Below, piece by piece: positions 58,844 through 64,000 of a stretch of DNA of 64,000 nt. This DNA comes from Promethearchaeota archaeon (GTDB taxonomy: Archaea; Asgardarchaeota; Heimdallarchaeia; Hodarchaeales; Hodarchaeaceae): positions 32,001 to 96,000 of the forward strand of contig JBHLMN010000002.1 in NCBI GenBank assembly GCA_048938105.1, read 5' to 3'. The position numbers and the translations under genes are program-made. Each line of letters begins with the position of its first letter. Position 1 is the stretch's first letter. The notes beneath the pieces are model-generated. The model saw only the letters and a program-made list of their open reading frames with translations. It did not search any database and was not told where the DNA came from.

Positions 58844-59473
58844 TCAGTATTGCCTTGAGACACGTTGAGCTCGTTGTTGAGCTGCTGCTCGCAATCGACT
58901 TGTTGTAGTTCGACTTGTTTTTCGTTGTTTATCAACAAATCTCATGATATTTTCTCCAAGTAGAGAAAATGCAGCTTGAATGTTAACCCCCGTCTTGGCA
59001 GATGTTTCGATGAAGTAACAATCAAATCCTTCCGGTCTAGTCAGCTTTGTAAGACGATCTGTGAAAATCCTTCCTTGTTCTGGAGAAATTGTATCATCAG
59101 ATAATTCACGCATGTCAATCTTATTAGCGACAACGACAATGGGTACTCGACCACGACCATTATTAGTCCACAGTTCGTTGATCCATTTAGGAGTGTTGAA
59201 GTAGGAATCAGGACGGGTCACATCATAGACTAATAATGCTCCTACACTGCCTTTGTAGTAGACTTCTCGAACCGCATCAAAGCGTTGTTGTCCTGCTAAA
59301 TCCCATATTTGGTATCGGATGGGTTCACCTTTGACAGAATCATCTCTCATAGCGAAATCTGCGCCAATTGTCAGAAGATATTGGGCTTTGAAACCTTTAC
59401 CAAGATATCGCTCTCGGATAGCAGTTTTACCGACTCCACCATCGCCAATTAATACGATCTTAAGAACAGTCAC
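58844..59473 (-). CDS. Rab-like small GTPase with polybasic C-terminal tail
   Basis: GDGGVGKT, TIGADF, IWDLAGQQRF, NKID, ETSAK. Confidence 0.93.
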   Translation of the reverse strand: MTVLKIVLIGDGGVGKTAIRERYLGKGFKAQYLLTIGADFAMRDDSVKGEPIRYQIWDLAGQQRFDAVREVYYKGSVGALLVYDVTRPDSYFNTPKWINELWTNNGRGRVPIVVVANKIDMRELSDDTISPEQGRIFTDRLTKLTRPEGFDCYFIETSAKTGVNIQAAFSLLGENIMRFVDKQRKTSRTTTSRLRAAAQQRAQRVSRQY

Positions 59474-59693
59474 GAGCTATCTCTCTTCAATGTTTTTTCA
59501 AGCTTTCAAAGACAGGTGAAATATTTGTTGAATTTTAATATGCTTTACTCGAGAGTCTATCCGAAAGTTTTGAATTTAATCGTTCAAAAAGTCTCAGTTT
59601 TAATAGCTTTTCCACATTAAGAAAGCGATTTTCTTTTTCTTTTTCTGATTTGCTATATTGATTTCCCAATTTAATACCTAGCATAAACGATCT

Positions 59694-61013
59694 TCACATA
59701 AAAATTATTTCAAAGAACCAAATAATATCTTTTAGAAGAGAATATCCAGAATTTATTCCTCTAATTGTTTTGGGAACCTCAATTTTGTATTCTATCCCTC
59801 TATTGGGTTGTCCCTCCACTATTGCCATAATTTCACCCGTATTTGAAATCCTATGAGCAATCCCTGTTCTAACGTGTAATTTTGCAACAATATCTGGTGG
59901 GCCAGATATAGAAATATCTTTCCATGAGTCACTCCAATCTGTTGATCGAGCTTTTTCTTGAAATTCAATCTGGAGTTTAAATACTTCTGATGGGGATTGG
60001 CCAGTTAGAGTAGTGAATAAAGCACGGTCATTTTCAGGAAAAGTAACAATAATTTCTTGAGCAGCTCCCGAAAAGGTTAATATTTTAACTGAATTGGATT
60101 GATATTCAATCTTCTTAGCTTGATAGCTAATAGAGCTAAAAAGGGGTTTATATGGGCTTTCGACAACTTCTCCTAGATCGTGAACGGTATGTGACTTTAT
60201 ATTATCAGTTGAAGTCCAACTAAGGATGGGTTTTTCTGGTTTCGATATAATTTCCTCTTGGGCAGTGGTGGCTATCAATTTTGTATCTAGTTCTTTTTTC
60301 TCTACTACTTCATCTATTGTTAAAGTTGGTTTTTCTGGAAAAATGTGAACTTCGGGTTTTATTATTTTTCCGATACTTCGAGTTAGAAAGCCTTTCTCAG
60401 AAAGTGCACCAACAGTTCCAAGAAGTATGTTAAAAGCTTGAATGAAGCTATTAGAAGTCATTGTTTCCATGCGTACCTGAACAACAGGATTCTCGGGTAA
60501 CCATCTAATAAAATATCCCTCTAAATCAAAGCTTTTCTGCATGAGGGCCCCTAAATCTGTTTGTGTCAATAAATGACGCGGAAAAAAGGCATCATTAGAA
60601 GAAATGATAAATTTTCGATCTATCTGGGGTATTCCTATTTCAATATCGCGAACGTTTCGATTCCATCGGTATTGGGGATCTAAAGAGAGGTTAATTGATC
60701 TTTCTCCTTTTTTAAACTTCTGAGGATCAATTTCTCCTCGTAAAATTAAATCACGATCAGTCTTTTTCGCTTCTTTTTCAGTAATAACTTTGACTTCAAT
60801 GAGCTTAAATGGACCAGCGTTACGAGAATGAATGATTGGATCAGATGAAATCCCTCCATAATCAACAATGACAGTCGAAGGATATCTCCGGCTGAGATAC
60901 CGGTAAACGTCCCGAGCGAAATCCTTTTCTTCTTTAATTGAAGAGTAAATCAGAAAGAAAAAGACATAAATAGCACCAAACAGGAGTAGGCCGATAAAAA
61001 TTAATTCAAACAT
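59694..61013 (-). CDS. Hypothetical protein with N-terminal TM anchor
   Basis: Hydrophobic aa 1-24; GGTGA RBS; soluble remainder. Confidence 0.7.
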   Translation of the reverse strand: MFELIFIGLLLFGAIYVFFFLIYSSIKEEKDFARDVYRYLSRRYPSTVIVDYGGISSDPIIHSRNAGPFKLIEVKVITEKEAKKTDRDLILRGEIDPQKFKKGERSINLSLDPQYRWNRNVRDIEIGIPQIDRKFIISSNDAFFPRHLLTQTDLGALMQKSFDLEGYFIRWLPENPVVQVRMETMTSNSFIQAFNILLGTVGALSEKGFLTRSIGKIIKPEVHIFPEKPTLTIDEVVEKKELDTKLIATTAQEEIISKPEKPILSWTSTDNIKSHTVHDLGEVVESPYKPLFSSISYQAKKIEYQSNSVKILTFSGAAQEIIVTFPENDRALFTTLTGQSPSEVFKLQIEFQEKARSTDWSDSWKDISISGPPDIVAKLHVRTGIAHRISNTGEIMAIVEGQPNRGIEYKIEVPKTIRGINSGYSLLKDIIWFFEIIFM

Positions 61014-61240
61014 GTAAATATCACCTGAAGGGGGAAATGATCATTAATATTAGAAGAACCACTTCTATTAACCTTAATTAATACTCCAACTTAATTATAT
61101 TGTATAAAGGGAAAAATCTTTTTTTCTGGAAATGATTTCTTCAATAATTTCTTTAATCAGACGTAAGTTAATTTATTGTACCAAAATAAGTTTATAAACT
61201 AGCAGACACATTGAACTACTGAATAATGTAGGAGTTCTGA

Positions 61241-61618
61241 TTGAGGATGGAAAATCAATCAACATTAAAGGAAAACCTCCATGGAAAGTCTTCAACGGTT
61301 AATTTGATAAAATTAAGCATAATTTTGGTTTCAACTTTTTCTATATGTTTATACTTTCTATTTGTTTTCTATAATCCGACTGAATTCTTAAAAATTACAC
61401 CAGGGTTCATTTTCATTATTATATGTTTTTTATGGGGGCCATTACTAATTGTAATTGGAGGATCTTCCTATATTGCCCGAATGTCAACTTTATCAAGAAT
61501 ACCTACTAGCAGCTCATTATACGATGCAATAGTGTTACCCACAATTCAATATGGGCCATTAAAAATAATTCTACCTGTGATTGATGAAGCAAACTTAGTT
61601 GAGGAGAAAGAAGATTAA
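61241..61618 (+). CDS. 2-TM membrane protein, possibly frameshifted from a C-terminal zinc ribbon
   Basis: Two TM helices; another frame downstream reads CIVCPSWKKIDLHDFNFCQNRYNPL. Confidence 0.5.
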   Translation: MRMENQSTLKENLHGKSSTVNLIKLSIILVSTFSICLYFLFVFYNPTEFLKITPGFIFIIICFLWGPLLIVIGGSSYIARMSTLSRIPTSSSLYDAIVLPTIQYGPLKIILPVIDEANLVEEKED

Positions 61619-61798
61619 GGAATAAGTCCTCTTTTAGATGTAAAGAAGAGAAATCATACAGTACGTCTTGTATCGTTTGTCCTTCATGGAAGAAAATAGA
61701 TTTACATGATTTCAATTTTTGCCAAAATAGATACAATCCTCTTCCTGGAGTACGTATTACTAGAACTAGCAACATCTTACCTAGAAAAGAGTTGAGAA

Positions 61799-62092
61799 TT
61801 GATGAAAACACGGAGAGAAAAGATTATCGAGCTTCTTTCAAAGCATGAAGAAATGACTTTGTTAGAATTAGCTGATTTAACAAATGTTCCTGTAAAAGTT
61901 ATAGTTCAGGATTTAGATTCAGTCAGAAAAACAATTCGTTCCGAAAAAAAACGAATAGAAGTACGCCCTGCAATTTGTATGAATTGTAACTATACTTTTT
62001 CTGGTAGATCTCGAATATCTGATCCTCATAAGTGTCCTGAGTGTCATTCCGAGAGGATTTTACCACAAAAATTCCGAATTGCCTCTTCTTAA
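61799..62092 (+). CDS. HTH + zinc-ribbon transcriptional regulator (archaeal COG3357-like)
   Basis: TRREKIIELL, DLDSVRKT, PAICMNCNYTF..PHKCPECHSERI. Confidence 0.85.
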   Translation: MMKTRREKIIELLSKHEEMTLLELADLTNVPVKVIVQDLDSVRKTIRSEKKRIEVRPAICMNCNYTFSGRSRISDPHKCPECHSERILPQKFRIASS

Positions 62093-62160
62093 CCTTATAA
62101 CTGAAGTTAATGTCTTGAGGAAGTGTACACTCTAACCTTATCCTTTTTCTGGGCTTAAAT

Positions 62161-62658
62161 CTAATCTGAAGTGGGTTGGTAGTTTCCCTTGTAAACCGTC
62201 TTATCATCGACTGCACTGATAAAAATCATCTGAGCAATAGCGACAGAAAGATGGATTTGAAAAGGGAGAGAAGTATGTAATAAAATCCGTCCATGATTGT
62301 CACCCACTCCCTGAAAACCTTTATCCCATATTCCAGAAAATACTGTTGCTCCCATCCGAATCAGAGTTGAACGAGGCGCAACAAATCCAATGGCATTTTT
62401 AGGAATCATGATTTCCTCCGCTACCTCAACAAGGTAAGATCCAGGGACTAAGTGCCAAAAATTATCATGAGGCATTAATTCAATGAGCTTTGGATATTGA
62501 CGATTTTCTTTCGTAGAAGTCAACCTGACTTTCCTAGTTAATTGAAATAGTCGTCCAATTGATATATCAATACCATTAGGCTGGACATCTCCGTGTGGTA
62601 TACATTTCTGCATTTCTGAGCCTGGCCAGACTGCTGGCCGTAAGTCTTTCCAGTTCAT
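62161..62658 (-). CDS. Trimeric dUTPase / dCTP deaminase family protein
   Basis: VQPNGIDI, PRSTLIRMG, WDKGFQG, IAQMIF, YKGNYQ. Confidence 0.85.
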   Translation of the reverse strand: MNWKDLRPAVWPGSEMQKCIPHGDVQPNGIDISIGRLFQLTRKVRLTSTKENRQYPKLIELMPHDNFWHLVPGSYLVEVAEEIMIPKNAIGFVAPRSTLIRMGATVFSGIWDKGFQGVGDNHGRILLHTSLPFQIHLSVAIAQMIFISAVDDKTVYKGNYQPTSD

Positions 62659-62800
62659 ATTGTATTACGATCCTTATTATGTTGATAGTCTCTTACAATC
62701 CAATAATTGAAAGGATTATAAAGCAATTTTGGAAGCAAACAGAAATACATTAAAAGAAGAGATAAACTGCTGAAAAAAAAACTAAGGATAGTCATGAGCT

Positions 62801-63454
62801 ATGGCAAATCGAAAGTGGCATTTAATAACTGCAATAATCATATTTCTTATTTATATCGTGATCTACTGGTTTGTTGATACGAATTATATATCAGAACTAA
62901 TAGACATTTCACCATTATGGGTGGTTACCGCCTTTCTAATGACATTAGTTGGAGCTGAAGCTCCTGATTGGGATTTACTTCTGAACTGGATGCATCATCG
63001 GGATATAGCTACTCATAGCATATTCATTCCCCTATTTATTACTATCACATTTCTCATCCAGAAATTTATGGCTATTCCTGATGATCAGAGCCTTATATTA
63101 GCACTAGTTTTCACACCATTTTTACTAGGATTTGCTTCTCATTTATTACTAGATCTATTTCCAAATGTCGATCCTGAAAAGGAAGTAAAGGAAAAAGGAG
63201 TGACCCGTACAACTGCAATGTTAGTAGGTGGTTTTGTTTCTGGACTTACTGGAGTAGAGACCATCAAAGCACTTAAAGGGACATATCTCATCCATCTACC
63301 CTTTAAAATGCCTGTTAAAAGTGAAAAAGAAAGGGAGGCTTGGGAAATGAGGAGGACACTACCGTTACACGCGTCTAGATGGTGGTTGTTCTTTAATGGA
63401 CTAATAACTGGTGTTTTAGGGGTTCTTCTACTTATAATACTGCAATGGGGATGA
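62801..63454 (+). CDS. Membrane-bound metal-dependent hydrolase (YdjM/DUF457-like)
   Basis: N-terminal His, APDWD, HRDIATHS and SHLLLD motifs among TM helices. Confidence 0.75.
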   Translation: MANRKWHLITAIIIFLIYIVIYWFVDTNYISELIDISPLWVVTAFLMTLVGAEAPDWDLLLNWMHHRDIATHSIFIPLFITITFLIQKFMAIPDDQSLILALVFTPFLLGFASHLLLDLFPNVDPEKEVKEKGVTRTTAMLVGGFVSGLTGVETIKALKGTYLIHLPFKMPVKSEKEREAWEMRRTLPLHASRWWLFFNGLITGVLGVLLLIILQWG

Positions 63455-63501
63455 AATCCATTATCTCTTCTTTCTTGTCGATTTAAATAATGATAGCCGT
63501 C

Positions 63502-64000
63502 TTAGGATCCAAGGATTTTTTTGATTATTCCTAGAGCCCAGTCTAATTCCTCTTTTGTGATAACAAGAGGAGGAGCAAATCGAATAGTAAAGTCGTGGGT
63601 TTCTTTAGCTAATATTCCTTCCTCAATAAGTTTTTCTGTGAGTGGCCGTGCTTTTTCATGTAGTTCCACAGCTGTGAATAATCCCTTTCCTCTAACTTCT
63701 TTAATACGTGAATGGTTGATTTTCTTCAGTTCTTCAAGAAAATATGTACCTAATTCTGCTGATCGTTCAGCTAGCTTCTCCTCTACTAGAACATCTAGCG
63801 CAGCATCTCCAACTGCACAAGCTAAAGGAAAACCACCAAATGTAGAACCGTGAGATCCAGGAATAAAGACTCTCATAATTTCCTTTCGGGAAACGACAGC
63901 AGAAACGGGAAGTAATCCTCCTCCCAATGCTTTACCTAAAGTCATAACATCAGGAATAATCCCTTCATGTTGATGGCAAAACATTTTTCCAGTCCGACCG
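63502..64000 (-). CDS. rocD: Ornithine aminotransferase (class III PLP), partial; 5' end lies outside the window
   Basis: GRTGKMF, PDVMTLGKALGGG, PGSHGSTFGG, VRGKGL, KETHDFTIRFAPPL. Confidence 0.85.
   Translation of the reverse strand, partial: GRTGKMFCHQHEGIIPDVMTLGKALGGGLLPVSAVVSRKEIMRVFIPGSHGSTFGGFPLACAVGDAALDVLVEEKLAERSAELGTYFLEELKKINHSRIKEVRGKGLFTAVELHEKARPLTEKLIEEGILAKETHDFTIRFAPPLVITKEELDWALGIIKKILGS

Overview
AT-rich archaeal chromosomal window, most consistent with an Asgard archaeon (Heimdallarchaeia/Hodarchaeales-like). This is inferred from six Rab/Ras-like small GTPases, archaeal porGDAB, archaeal-type ScpA, a DPM1-like GT2 and GGTGA/GGAGG ribosome-binding sites. Main contents: (1) two unannotated microprotein ORFs (a W-acidic 43-mer and a Lys-rich 20-mer) and an epimerase pseudogene at the left end; (2) a ~15 kb hdrC-hdrB-hdrA(split)-mvhD/wHTH-hdrA-hdrA-mvhD-flx-like electron-bifurcation cluster with no hydrogenase catalytic subunit, followed by lpdA; its two long hdrA genes share an apparently identical ~0.9 kb block; (3) an SDR with decayed tandem copies; (4) uvrB with a 528-aa LAGLIDADG+HTH intein in its Walker A motif, uvrC and an orphan DUF499-type ATPase; (5) porGDAB; (6) an SMC locus with smc, scpA and two divergent ScpB/kite paralogs (one with a putative membrane-targeting N-terminus), interrupted by an 800-aa TrmB-like wHTH/hendecad coiled-coil gene and flanked by Rab-like genes; (7) a four-gene cluster of a roadblock/longin-like protein, a long coiled coil and two Rab-like GTPases; (8) housekeeping genes, ending in a partial rocD. 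No rRNA, tRNA or CRISPR array was recognised. All calls come from motif reading, not database searches.
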